From Paenibacillus pasadenensis (lineage in GTDB: Bacteria; Bacillota; Bacilli; Paenibacillales; Paenibacillaceae), in the NCBI RefSeq assembly GCF_023715725.1, contig NZ_JAMBOT010000005.1:316538-380537 (forward strand): a stretch of 64,000 nucleotides of DNA, written 5' to 3'. Below are positions 9,684-19,496 of this stretch, piece after piece. The first letter of the stretch is position 1. Every line of letters starts with the position of its first letter. The translations under genes were made by a program, and so were the position numbers. The notes beneath the pieces were generated by a model. The model had not been told where the DNA came from and did not search any database. It worked only from the letters and a program-made list of their open reading frames with translations.

Positions 9684-11204
9684 ATGAACAAACGTAACAG
9701 GTTGAATGGTGCAATAGTATCGGTGCTTTCCGCATCTTTGTTGTTAACAGGCTGCAGCGGAGGCAGCGGATCAGAGAATGATCCAGTCGCTGAATCATCA
9801 AAGACGCCGTCAAACCCAGTAAAGCTGGAAGTGATGAAAGTAGGTTTTGGAGCGAAGCTGCCTGAAGACGATTTCGTTAAAAAGACTTTGGATGAGAAGC
9901 TGAATATTGACCTCAACCTAACGTTGCCGGCATCTGGAGATGACTTCAAAACTCAACTGAATACACGAATTGCATCCGGTGACTTTCCAGATGTAATTGA
10001 ATTGGATAACCGCCAATCCTTGCAGCAATTAGCCAATATGGGGGTACTCCTGGATCTGACGCCATATCTGGACAAATTGAGTGATGCAAAGAGGTTTATT
10101 GGCGATGACGGGTTTAAGAAAGGCATCATGAACGGCAAAACCTATGCCATTGCCAAAACGCCGTATCTCAGTTCAAACGCGTATTATTTCCGCAAGGATT
10201 GGCTGGATCAATTAGGGCTTAGTGTGCCAACGACAAGCGACGAGCTTTTGAAAGTAGCAAAAGCATTTACTGAAAATGATCCGGACGGAAACGGAGTGAA
10301 AGATACCTACGGCATTACAGGCGCCGATTGGAGAGCTTTTGCACCTATCTTTGGTTCTTATGGCGTCGCTTTAAGCGATTTCAGTACGTATATCAAGGAT
10401 GGGAAAGTGATCACTGCAGCGCAGGATCCGAATTTTAAAGCAGCCCTGACTGATGTAAAACGTTTCATAGAAGCGGGAGTAGTGGATCCCGAGGTATTTA
10501 GCAATAAAGGTGCAGCAGCCACTGATAAAGCCATAAAAGGCATGGTAGGTATTCTGTTCACTGACTTCGGTCTGTTTAAGCAAGACACTGCAGATAAAGT
10601 GAAAGCAGCTAATCCGAATGCAAAATGGGAGATTATGCCTACGATTAAAGGGCCTGCAGGTCAATTCGAGAATGCGGTTGATCTTGGTGCCTCTTCGGGT
10701 CTCATTGCAATTCCCAAATCAGTTGAGAAGGACAAAGAGAAGCTTCAAAAAATTATCGATCTGCTGAATTATGTATCTACGCCAGAGGGTGCGCAGCTCG
10801 TTCAATTCGGGCTTAAAGATATGCACTTTACCCTTGACAACAACGCGGTTAAGCTGACAGATCAAGGCACAAAGGAAACCGGATATATTTGGGTATACCA
10901 GTTTACAGGCCGCCCCGAAAGAGAGTATTTATCGATAAAATTTAATTATGCATCAGCTTATATTGAAGAAGGCGCTAAGCGTAATCGCATTCAAGCTTAC
11001 AATGGTTTTATCGATCCGCCAAGCAGTGTCAATATGGCAGATGCGCAACGGTACTTATTTGAACAAGCGATGCAAATTATTTATGGAAAAACACCGCTTG
11101 AACATGCAGACAAAATAGCAGCGGATCTGAACAGCAAGTTTGGTTTTGAAGCTTATCTAGATCAAGCGGCCAAGCAGCTAAAAGAACTCGGGTATTACCA
11201 ATGA
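9684..11204 (+). CDS. Extracellular solute-binding lipoprotein (family 1, LplA-like)
   Basis: Lipobox LLLTGCSGG. About 500 aa, typical of sugar-binding proteins partnered with LplBC permeases. Confidence 0.85.
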   Translation: MNKRNRLNGAIVSVLSASLLLTGCSGGSGSENDPVAESSKTPSNPVKLEVMKVGFGAKLPEDDFVKKTLDEKLNIDLNLTLPASGDDFKTQLNTRIASGDFPDVIELDNRQSLQQLANMGVLLDLTPYLDKLSDAKRFIGDDGFKKGIMNGKTYAIAKTPYLSSNAYYFRKDWLDQLGLSVPTTSDELLKVAKAFTENDPDGNGVKDTYGITGADWRAFAPIFGSYGVALSDFSTYIKDGKVITAAQDPNFKAALTDVKRFIEAGVVDPEVFSNKGAAATDKAIKGMVGILFTDFGLFKQDTADKVKAANPNAKWEIMPTIKGPAGQFENAVDLGASSGLIAIPKSVEKDKEKLQKIIDLLNYVSTPEGAQLVQFGLKDMHFTLDNNAVKLTDQGTKETGYIWVYQFTGRPEREYLSIKFNYASAYIEEGAKRNRIQAYNGFIDPPSSVNMADAQRYLFEQAMQIIYGKTPLEHADKIAADLNSKFGFEAYLDQAAKQLKELGYYQ

Positions 11205-11219
11205 GAGGATTTAATTTAT

Positions 11220-13334
11220 ATGGCTTTTAATTTTGGAGGGGCTGCACCGGCTTCCGCGTCTGCGACATCCGTCGTCATTGACGGCAAGGGAACCGGAAGG
11301 ACTTTTGAAGGAGAAGGTGTGGTTAGCGGCGGAGGCGGAAATACACGTCTGTTAATTGATTATCCCGAACCTTATCGCAGTGACATTCTGGATTACCTCT
11401 TCAAGCCTAATTACGGTGCAGGATATACTCATTTAAAAGTCGAAGTCGGCGGAGATGTCTTTTCTACGACGGGAACGGAGCCAACCCATGCACGAACGAG
11501 GGAGGAACTCGCAAACCCGAATATGCGCCGCGGCTACGAGCTTTGGTTAATGAGTGAAGCGAAGAAGCGGAATCCGGAGATCAAGCTGGATATTTTGCAA
11601 TGGGGCGCCCCGGGATGGATAAACGGCTTCAGCACCAGCGTCGGCATCAGCAACGAAACTTATTACCGCAATGATAAAGCGAAGTATGCCATGTATTCAC
11701 AGGATAATGCGGATTATTTGGTCAGTTATATACTAGGCGCCAAAAGGGAGTGGGGCTTAGACATTGACTATGTGGGGGCCAATCAGAATGAAAGTTTTGT
11801 TGGACTTGACTTAATGGACCCTAGTGACCCCGATAGTCCTTCTTATTTGAATCACTATATTGTCCATATTTTAAGACCTGCACTGGATCAAAATGGGTTA
11901 CAGCATGTTCAAATCGTTGCTCCTGACATTGGCGGCAGGGAACTCGAGCCCTATAACCCGAGATCGCCATGGGCTTTTGCGGATGAAGTTCTAGCAGACC
12001 CTCAGCTTCACAATGCTGTTTCTGTCATTGGGTATCATTACGTGAAGAGCCATTCTTCGGAAACCGTCCAAAACTCCGGGTTGACGTTATGGGAGAGCGA
12101 GGGCTGGACGGGGAGCGGCACTTGGGAAGACGTTAACGGCCAGAAGGGCGCATTCAGTTTAGCCCGAATTATGAATAACAATTACATTCATGCGAAGGTT
12201 ACCAAAACTAATGTTTGGCATCTTATCGGGTCGTCCTATCCCAATTTATCGTTTCCGAGAACAGGACTGATGATCGCTGACGAACCCTGGTCAGGGAATT
12301 ATTCCGTGACGCCTGCAATCTGGGTTGCCGCTCATACCAATCAATTTGCTCAGCCGGGATGGCAATACCTTGACAGCGGCTGCGGGCTCACGGCGGGCGG
12401 GACATCTTATGTAACCTTGAAAAAGCCGGATGAGAGCGGCCATTACAGCGTTATAGCGGTCACCGGAGACTCTAGGGAGACAATGACCTTCAAGCTGACA
12501 GGCGGCTTATTGGCGCATGCCGTTCATGTCTGGAAGTCGGATGCTGCACAACAATTCATTCAACAGCCGGATATTCAAACGATCAATCATTCCTTTTCCA
12601 TTACCTTGGAGCCGAATTCCATTTACTCGTTGACAACAACGACGGGGCAGCAGAAAGGCGCGGCTGCTCATCCGGTTCCGGCAGCTCAAGCTTTCCCTAT
12701 CCCTTACTATGAAGATTATAAAGATTACGCTGCAGGTGAAACGCCGAAATATACTTCCGATGTGGAGGGCGTATTCGAGATTGCGGATAGGTTTGGCGGC
12801 GGGGGCAAAGCTTTACGGCAGGTTGTTGCAGGACCGATGAAGCAGTGGGATGCATGGATGACGCCTCGCATCCGATATGGGACGCATACCCAATTCGGCG
12901 AACCGGGTTGGACGGATTATGATTTGGGCGCGGATGTTTTAATTGAAAGTTCCGGTAAAGATATGTACGGAAATGAAACGCCAGGTACGGCAGCCATTGT
13001 AGGACGTGTGGGCACACAGCCTCGGCAAAGAATCAATGACACATTGATTACCGGTTATAAGCTGCAGGTAGATCAGAATGGCAGTTGGAGCTTACGGATT
13101 ACAAACCCGCTCGTCAATTCGGATGCTGTACTCGCTGCGGGAACTGTACCGTTTTCACTACAAAGCTGGCATCAATTAAAGATGAGCTTTTGCGGTACGA
13201 ATATAAAGGCATCAATCGACGGTATTCTCGTTGCATCAGTTAACGATAGCACGTATGCATCAGGCTTGGCAGCTTTGGCAAGCGGCTATAATTATGCGCA
13301 ATATGACAAGGTTTATGTTAATCCGAAGCAATGA
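11220..13334 (+). CDS. Glycoside hydrolase family 59 (galactocerebrosidase-like beta-galactosidase), no signal peptide
   Basis: Strong similarity to GALC-type GH59 along the whole length: GGGGNTRLLIDYPEPYRSDILDYLFKPNYGAGYTHLKVEVGGD, WLMSEAKKRNPEIKLD, QPGWQYL and a C-terminal lectin-like domain. Confidence 0.85.
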   Translation: MAFNFGGAAPASASATSVVIDGKGTGRTFEGEGVVSGGGGNTRLLIDYPEPYRSDILDYLFKPNYGAGYTHLKVEVGGDVFSTTGTEPTHARTREELANPNMRRGYELWLMSEAKKRNPEIKLDILQWGAPGWINGFSTSVGISNETYYRNDKAKYAMYSQDNADYLVSYILGAKREWGLDIDYVGANQNESFVGLDLMDPSDPDSPSYLNHYIVHILRPALDQNGLQHVQIVAPDIGGRELEPYNPRSPWAFADEVLADPQLHNAVSVIGYHYVKSHSSETVQNSGLTLWESEGWTGSGTWEDVNGQKGAFSLARIMNNNYIHAKVTKTNVWHLIGSSYPNLSFPRTGLMIADEPWSGNYSVTPAIWVAAHTNQFAQPGWQYLDSGCGLTAGGTSYVTLKKPDESGHYSVIAVTGDSRETMTFKLTGGLLAHAVHVWKSDAAQQFIQQPDIQTINHSFSITLEPNSIYSLTTTTGQQKGAAAHPVPAAQAFPIPYYEDYKDYAAGETPKYTSDVEGVFEIADRFGGGGKALRQVVAGPMKQWDAWMTPRIRYGTHTQFGEPGWTDYDLGADVLIESSGKDMYGNETPGTAAIVGRVGTQPRQRINDTLITGYKLQVDQNGSWSLRITNPLVNSDAVLAAGTVPFSLQSWHQLKMSFCGTNIKASIDGILVASVNDSTYASGLAALASGYNYAQYDKVYVNPKQ

Positions 13335-13385
13335 AGCTGCGTGCAAGCCGTGCTAAAAATTATGTACGGGCCAAACCTTGAATGA

Positions 13386-13412
13386 AAGCCGTCCTTTTGG
13401 GCGGCTTTTGCC
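13386..13412 (+). terminator. Rho-independent terminator after the GH59 gene
   Basis: AAAGCCGTCC-TTTTG-GGCGGCTTTTG: imperfect GC stem followed by T-run. Confidence 0.6.
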
Positions 13413-13434
13413 GTTGATAACGCTAAATTATGCA

Positions 13435-13471
13435 CTAATTTTATGCTACAAGATGCAGAGATTTGTGAATG
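13435..13471 (+). promoter_or_regulatory. Conserved 37-bp box, copy 2 (CTAATTTTATGCTACAAGATGCAGAGATTTGTGAATG)
   Basis: Paralogous to 7740..7776. The downstream 5'UTR, RBS and first codons (ATGGAATCT versus ATGGATTCT) are also homologous. Confidence 0.6.
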
Positions 13472-13535
13472 ATATTAATCTTTTGAAAGCGTTATCATAT
13501 ATCTGAAAGGAAAACAAAATGGAGAGGAAGTAGCA

Positions 13536-15542
13536 GTGATGGAATCTAGAACGAACAAAGGATGGTTAAGGTACAAGGTTAGTCAGCTATTCTGGTTATC
13601 CGTATTTGCTGTCATTTGTCTTTTTGGCGCAACAAAAGCTGTATCCGCTTCGCCCGTTTCCGTACCCAACGCGATTCAATTTACAGACACGGACCATAAT
13701 ATTGTTCAGGCGCATGCCGGTTCAGTAATGAAAGAGGGAGGCTATTACTATTGGTTTGGAGAAAGCCGGATAAATAATGGGGGCCTATTTTATGCAGTAG
13801 CTGTCTATCGCTCGACAGATTTGAAAAATTGGGAGTTTAGAAACAATGTGCTTACTCAAAACTCGGATCCAGAGCTGGCACAAGCTTATATAGAACGTCC
13901 TAAAGTTATTTATAATAGCACAACGGATAAGTACGTGATGTGGATGCACAAAGAAAATGGAATTAATTATTCAGAAGGAAGAGTAGCGGTAGCTTATTCC
14001 GATACGATCGACGGTAATTATACCTATACGGGAAGCTTTCAGCCAACGGTGGGCGGTATCTCCTATGATTCCCGCGACATGACAGTGTTTCAGGATGATA
14101 ACGGGGATGCCTACCTCTTTTCTTCCGCCTCTAATCCAGATCGAGTAAACAGCTGGAATTCAACCATGAACATTTTTAAGCTTACAGCAGATTATATGAA
14201 CGTTGCCAGTAAGGTCAGTACGATATTCAAGGAGCAATACCGTGAGGCACCGGCCGTATTTAAGCGTAATGGCGTGTATTTCCTGTTAACCTCAACAACT
14301 GACGGATGGAATCCAACGCAGCAAAAATATGCCACAACAACGAACATTGCTGGAACATGGTCTTCACTGAAAAATGTAGGAGATGCTACCTGTTTTGATT
14401 CACAAACAGGCTTTGTAATGCCAATACAGGATTCCAGCAATAATGTAGTCAGCTATATGTACATGGGAGACCGTTGGGGTGCTTCTTGGGGCGGAAAAAC
14501 ATATCAGTCCCAATACGTATGGGCTCCAATCGTGTTCACATCCAATACCGACTTTACTTTCCAATACTACGATAATCTCGTCATTGATACTGAAGCCGGC
14601 ACGATTACCGGAAACAATAATGTGTTTGATGCAAATGCCGTTTATACATTCACAAACAACAACAGCGGACTAGCCATGTCTGTACAAGGGACGAGTAATA
14701 ACGTTAAGCAAGATGCGCTAGGAACCGGATCTCAATTGTGGAAAATTGTTCCTTTAACAGATAAAGGCATAACCTATCACTATATTGTTAACCAGGCAAA
14801 TGGCAAGTATTTAACGATGAGCTTAATGTTAAAACCGGACGGATCATACGACGCCGCTGCTACTTTAGCTAATGACAGACCGTATACAATGGCGGCAAAG
14901 GGTACTGATTCAACAAGTCAACAATGGCAAATCAATAAACATGGCAATGGAACGTACACATTAATCAATCGTAAGACCAAAAGTTATTTGGATGTGCAAG
15001 GTCAGTCTCTGACTGCCGGGGCGCAGCTTGTTCAAAATGTTCAAACAGCAAGCGTAAGTCAGAAATGGACGATTCAATTAAGCATACTTCCTCCAGCAGC
15101 TGTTGATACAACTAAAACGTATGCGCTTACCAATCGTAATAGCGGCAAATCGCTGGGCACGGTAGGTAATTCAACGGCAAGCGGCATCAACATTGAACAG
15201 CAAAGCTACACTGGAGCTGTAAGCCAATCCTGGAAATTTGTCCGTGACCTCTCAACAGGCTATTACAAAATCAAAAATGTGAACAGCGGTTTATTTATGG
15301 AGGTTAAAAACGCATCTGCAGCAGACGGCGCACAAATTATCCAAGCGGCTGAAAGTACAAGTACAAGCCAGCAATGGGAGCTTTCTGACGCTGGAGGCGG
15401 CTACTTTGTTGTTAAAAACCGCAATAGCGGAAAAGTTCTTTGCATGAATAATGGCACAACGGCGGATGGCGGGTATAGCATTCAGTGGTCAGTAACGGGT
15501 TCGGTTAACCAAAACTGGAGTTTCGCTGAAATTACATCATAA
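13536..15542 (+). CDS. Secreted GH43-family glycosidase (possibly exo-beta-1,3-galactanase-like) with two C-terminal ricin-B/CBM13 beta-trefoil domains
   Basis: Signal peptide. N-terminal five-bladed-propeller GH43-like region (…GGYYYWFGE…YRSTDLKNWEF…). Six QxW motifs (SQLWKI, SQQWQI, SQKWTI, SQSWKF, SQQWEL, NQNWSF) indicate two ricin-B lectin domains. Confidence 0.75.
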   Translation: MMESRTNKGWLRYKVSQLFWLSVFAVICLFGATKAVSASPVSVPNAIQFTDTDHNIVQAHAGSVMKEGGYYYWFGESRINNGGLFYAVAVYRSTDLKNWEFRNNVLTQNSDPELAQAYIERPKVIYNSTTDKYVMWMHKENGINYSEGRVAVAYSDTIDGNYTYTGSFQPTVGGISYDSRDMTVFQDDNGDAYLFSSASNPDRVNSWNSTMNIFKLTADYMNVASKVSTIFKEQYREAPAVFKRNGVYFLLTSTTDGWNPTQQKYATTTNIAGTWSSLKNVGDATCFDSQTGFVMPIQDSSNNVVSYMYMGDRWGASWGGKTYQSQYVWAPIVFTSNTDFTFQYYDNLVIDTEAGTITGNNNVFDANAVYTFTNNNSGLAMSVQGTSNNVKQDALGTGSQLWKIVPLTDKGITYHYIVNQANGKYLTMSLMLKPDGSYDAAATLANDRPYTMAAKGTDSTSQQWQINKHGNGTYTLINRKTKSYLDVQGQSLTAGAQLVQNVQTASVSQKWTIQLSILPPAAVDTTKTYALTNRNSGKSLGTVGNSTASGINIEQQSYTGAVSQSWKFVRDLSTGYYKIKNVNSGLFMEVKNASAADGAQIIQAAESTSTSQQWELSDAGGGYFVVKNRNSGKVLCMNNGTTADGGYSIQWSVTGSVNQNWSFAEITS

Positions 15543-15555
15543 GCTCAAGTTATGA

Positions 15556-15597
15556 AGAGCCTTCATTTCCATTTTAATGGATTGAAGGTTCTTTTCG
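15556..15597. terminator. Bidirectional terminator between convergent genes
   Basis: GAGCCTTCATTTCCAT-TTTA-ATGGATTGAAGGTTC followed by TTTTCG. Confidence 0.6.
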
Positions 15598-15629
15598 TGC
15601 TTTTGTTACACAGGGAATTATTCGGGAGT

Positions 15630-16547
15630 TCATTTGATTTCACGCGGAATAATCGACTGGGCGTATTTTTTGGGAGATAACCCTTCCGATTTTTTGAACA
15701 GCTTGCTGAAATAGAACAGATCCGGAATACCGACCTCATCCGCAATGTCTTTTACCGTTCGTTCATTGGAGCGGAGCAGCCGCTTCGCCTCCTCCATTCT
15801 TAACAAAAGCAAATAATGCGTAACAGTTTGCCCGGTCGCCTGTTTGAACAAGGTGCCGAAATATTTAGGAGACAGATTCGCACGCGCGGCGAGCAGCGGA
15901 ACGTCAAGTTTATCCTTGTAATTTTGCCTCATAAACTGCACGGCTTCCGTCATTAAACCTGCATGAGGGCTCTCGATGCGAATCCCTTCTTTAGTAGTCA
16001 GTTCAATATATACGAGGCCGAGCAGCCGCAGCATGGACGATTTAAGCCATAGATGCGAGTCGGCCCGAGATTCCTGATAGTGTTCGGTCAGCTCTTTAAA
16101 CGTTTCGTGAAAAGCGGTTGTGCGGCTCGGCCGCATGAACTCGGGGATATCCCAGTCCTGCACTTCGGCGGTAGGTCTGGCACGCAGCCAGTTCACGTCC
16201 GGAAGTGTTTCTCCTTGTTTTCTGCCCAAATAAACTGAAGGGGAAAAGTCCGTCGCCTCGCCCATAAACATATAGTCAAAGTGAACGGCAAAACAGTGCA
16301 TCGGCCCGTCCTCGGAAACGAACATCTCATTTAGATGATGCGGGCGAATGTACAGCAGCACTCCTGGCTCCATCGTGTAGGTAACGCTTTCAATCCTTAA
16401 CCAGCCGGTGCCGGAAACGATATAAATAAATTCATGATCGTAAATATACCGCTCGCCCAGATGGCTTCCCGGAGGTACGAGAACCTCATGAATGTACCGG
16501 ACATACGGGGAAAGCCTTTTAAAATCAACCCGATAGGTGCTCGCCAT
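15630..16547 (-). CDS. AraC family transcriptional regulator (cupin sensor plus HTH_18)
   Basis: N-terminal AraC-binding cupin-like domain and C-terminal AraC HTH (…KDIADEVGIPDLFYFSKLFKK…). Confidence 0.85.
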   Translation of the reverse strand: MASTYRVDFKRLSPYVRYIHEVLVPPGSHLGERYIYDHEFIYIVSGTGWLRIESVTYTMEPGVLLYIRPHHLNEMFVSEDGPMHCFAVHFDYMFMGEATDFSPSVYLGRKQGETLPDVNWLRARPTAEVQDWDIPEFMRPSRTTAFHETFKELTEHYQESRADSHLWLKSSMLRLLGLVYIELTTKEGIRIESPHAGLMTEAVQFMRQNYKDKLDVPLLAARANLSPKYFGTLFKQATGQTVTHYLLLLRMEEAKRLLRSNERTVKDIADEVGIPDLFYFSKLFKKSEGLSPKKYAQSIIPREIK

Positions 16548-16726
16548 TCGACAACCTCCCGAGACTTCGACTTTTCTCTATTAAAATTAAAACACCGTTT
16601 TCTTTTGGATTCAACCGCGATCTTTTCAATTCGACCAAATTACAATAACTTCCGATTTCTATCCATCCCTCACCTTCGGCTATCCATGTATGATGGGGAC
16701 ATCAAAGCCAAGGAGGATGCTGAACA

Positions 16727-17524
16727 ATGACTGCAGCCAATCAGGTGACGGAAGAGCAAATCAACTTTTACCGTGAAAATGGATTCGTTAAATTGGAAAA
16801 TATGCTTACCGGGGAAGAGCTGGAGCAGCTGCGTGAATACCTGGAGGAGGCCATGCAGGAGGAGGGCAGCCGTTCGGTCAAAACGGACCAAAAGGATGGA
16901 ACCTATTACCGGGTGCTGAACCAGAAAGTGAACACATGGCGGGATCACGGCGGTATGGCCAAGTTCAGCTTTCATGAAAAGTTTGCTAAAGCAGCATTGG
17001 AGCTGACCGGTTCGAATGAAATCCGCTTTTTCCACGATCATGGATTATGGAAAATGCCGGGGGATTCCAAGCCGACTCCTTGGCATCAGGATACGCCGTA
17101 TTGGCCGGTTAATGAGCCGGAGAAGGGCATGCTGTCGATCTGGATTGCATTGGATGATGTAGATGAAAAGAACGGCTGTATGGCCTTTGTTCCCAAGTCG
17201 CACCGAATCGGCAAATTAAACCCGATTGACCTGGTGAATCCGCAAAATATTTTCGACGCTTTAGAGGATGGAAAGCTGGAAGACAGCAAACCGGTTATTG
17301 TGCCGCTCAAAGCGGGCAGCTGCACGTTTCATAACGGCCTGACCTTCCATTATGCCCATGCGAATTCAACGGACCGGCCAAGACGGGCGCTGGCCATTAT
17401 CTACATGCCGGACGGAATTACGTTTAGCGGAAAACCCCACACGGTTACGGAGGGACAAAAGCTGGAGAAGGGACAGCCGGTGAAAGGGCCTTTGTTCCCG
17501 CTGCTGGCGAAGCGTCATGCCTAA
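16727..17524 (+). CDS. Phytanoyl-CoA dioxygenase (PhyH) family Fe(II)/2-oxoglutarate oxygenase
   Basis: WHQDTPYW…IWIALDDVDEKNGCMAFVPKSH matches the PhyH fold and its HxD…H facial triad. RBS AAGGAGG lies upstream. Confidence 0.8.
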   Translation: MTAANQVTEEQINFYRENGFVKLENMLTGEELEQLREYLEEAMQEEGSRSVKTDQKDGTYYRVLNQKVNTWRDHGGMAKFSFHEKFAKAALELTGSNEIRFFHDHGLWKMPGDSKPTPWHQDTPYWPVNEPEKGMLSIWIALDDVDEKNGCMAFVPKSHRIGKLNPIDLVNPQNIFDALEDGKLEDSKPVIVPLKAGSCTFHNGLTFHYAHANSTDRPRRALAIIYMPDGITFSGKPHTVTEGQKLEKGQPVKGPLFPLLAKRHA

Positions 17525-17747
17525 TTCCGATAACCTGCAGCTCGTGCCTGCAGAAAGGAAAGAGCCGAAAGGTGACGAATATTTAATAACTGGAACAGCT
17601 GATGTTCCTGCTGCTCATTGCCTAAGAAATTGCAGCTCATGCCCATGCAGCGCCAAGCCCCGCCCGGCGACTGCTGATCAAAATTTAGAGAAGGGGCAGC
17701 CGGAGAACGATTATATGTTCCCGCTGCTGGTGAAGCACTATGCCTAA
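17517..17747 (+). CDS. 76-aa Cys-containing ORF, translationally coupled on both sides; chimeric duplication remnant or small peptide gene
   Basis: Starts within ATGCCTAA, overlapping the PhyH stop, and ends in an identical ATGCCTAA overlapping the next gene. First 31 nt resemble the 5' end of the NHL gene and last ~60 nt resemble the 3' end of the PhyH gene. The middle encodes …HCLRNCSSCPCS…. Confidence 0.4.
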   Translation: MPNSDNLQLVPAERKEPKGDEYLITGTADVPAAHCLRNCSSCPCSAKPRPATADQNLEKGQPENDYMFPLLVKHYA

Positions 17748-18654
17748 TACAATTGATTTGCAGCTCGTGCCCGGCTGGGCTAAGCTGCCCGAGAACGTTG
17801 AGCTTGGATATACGCATGGAGTCGCCGTAGACTCCCAGAATCGCCTTATTGTGTTCAACATGAGCCGTCACGCCGTAGCCTTTTTTGATCCATCGGGACA
17901 GTTCCTCCATTCTTGGGGTAGCGAGTTCGCGGCGGGGGCTCACGGTCTGCATCTCCGTCAAGAGGAGGATGGGCAGGAGTTTCTGTATCTGACGGACTAC
18001 GCCCGCCATCTGGTTGCAAAATATACGCTGGACGGTCAAGAAGTATTAACGATCGGAGTGCCGCCAGTTCCCGAGCTGTATCCAAACCCGGAAAGCTATA
18101 TGCCGACGGATGTAGACGTTGCGCCAAACGGCGATATCTATGTTGCGGACGGTTACGGACAGTACGCCGTACACCGGTTTGACCGGACGGGAAAATGGCT
18201 TCAATGCTGGGGCGGCAAAAATGAAGCAGGGCTGAAATTCCACGAGCCGCATGGCATCGGCATCGATAGCCGGTCCGGGGAGCCTGTACTGTATGTGGCG
18301 GACCGCCGCCATCAGCGTTTTGTCGCCTATCGTCTGGACGGCGAATTTATCGCGACTTATGAAGGGGATTATCGTCTGCCTTGCGACGTCGTTCCGTTTG
18401 GCGAGAACGGTTTTATTTTCCCGGATCTGAACGGACGGATTACGATTACGGACTCAAACTTCCAAAGCATTGCGCATATCGGAGACAATCCGAATATTTG
18501 GGAGGATTCGAGATGGCCGAATCTGCCGCCGCAAGAGCTGGTGGACGGGAAGTTTAACTCCCCGCACGGCTTGTGCGTGCACGGCAATCAGGTATTTGTC
18601 GCGGAATGGGTTCAGCAGGGCCGCATTACGAAGTGGGAAGTAAGCGGGAAATAA
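17740..18654 (+). CDS. NHL-repeat six-bladed beta-propeller protein
   Basis: Repeated NHL-type motifs (GVAVDSQNRLIVFN, APNGDIYVADGYG, PHGIGIDSRSGEPVLYVADRRHQR, PHGLCVHGNQVFVAEW). Confidence 0.75.
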   Translation: MPNTIDLQLVPGWAKLPENVELGYTHGVAVDSQNRLIVFNMSRHAVAFFDPSGQFLHSWGSEFAAGAHGLHLRQEEDGQEFLYLTDYARHLVAKYTLDGQEVLTIGVPPVPELYPNPESYMPTDVDVAPNGDIYVADGYGQYAVHRFDRTGKWLQCWGGKNEAGLKFHEPHGIGIDSRSGEPVLYVADRRHQRFVAYRLDGEFIATYEGDYRLPCDVVPFGENGFIFPDLNGRITITDSNFQSIAHIGDNPNIWEDSRWPNLPPQELVDGKFNSPHGLCVHGNQVFVAEWVQQGRITKWEVSGK

Positions 18655-18670
18655 CGGATAGGAAAGCAAG

Positions 18671-18712
18671 GGCTGTCCCGTATGCCAAGCGGCATCAGGA
18701 CAGCCTTTTTTT
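18671..18712 (+). terminator. Rho-independent terminator
   Basis: GGCTGTCCCGTATGCC-AAGC-GGCATCAGGACAGCC followed by T7. Confidence 0.8.
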
Positions 18713-18826
18713 GTATCGCTTAGCATGTCCGAGTTGCCTTGAGTCACTCGATCAATTACAATACTGAATAAATGTTCAGTGTTATTGCGTGCACCGGTTT
18801 GAAATCGAATAGAGGTGAAGACTTAT

Positions 18827-19425
18827 TGAATAAAAAACAGCAGCAAACCGAGCAGACGAGGAAAAAAATCGCCGATGCCGTCCGGGCATTATTTGTGCAG
18901 AAGGGCTACAAGGCGACTTCGATTGAAGATATGGTGAAAGCGACCGGCTGCAGTGCCGGCAACATCTATTATCACTTCAAGAGCAAGGAAGGATTGTTCC
19001 TGCATTTAATCGAGGTCTGGAATAAGGAGTGGGAAGAGACCTGGCTGGTCAAGGAACCGCTGTACCCGACCACAATCGACAAGCTGTATGGCATGGCTGA
19101 GCATCTGGCTTACGAGCAGCTTAATCATCCGTTTACCAAGGCTGTTGATGAATTCTTCCATAATGCGGAGAAAAATCCGGAGGTCGAAGGGCGCATTAAT
19201 GAAATGGTCAAAGGTTATATTGATTTTAACCGGGACCTTCTGCAGCGGGGGATTGATAACGGCGAATTCGAAACCACGAATGTTACCGGACTCGCGATTA
19301 TTTTGGATAGCCTGATGTATGGACTTAATCAGCATACTCGCAGAATGGAACGGGATGAAGCGCTGGCCGCTTACCGGCTGGCAATGGATGTGTTTCTGCA
19401 CGGTATTGCAAAGACGGGCCGCTAG
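18827..19425 (+). CDS. TetR/AcrR family transcriptional regulator
   Basis: TetR_N HTH (…ATSIEDMVKATGCSAGNIYYHFKSKE…). Probable TTG start at 18827 with a GAGGTG RBS. The in-frame ATG at 18772 has no RBS. Confidence 0.75.
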
Positions 19426-19496
19426 GCCTTTTTTTTCGCAATAATCTAGAACGAATATTCAGTATTAGACAGCATGGGAATCGGAGGAACACAAAA

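Noticed and set aside
17517-17747. Small ORF as a RiPP precursor with dedicated leader
   Set aside because: Not rejected as an expressed ORF. However, the idea of a bona fide precursor is weakened because both its termini are clearly derived from the flanking genes at the DNA level, consistent with a junction-duplication scar. Kept as a low-confidence CDS and discussed as a hypothesis.
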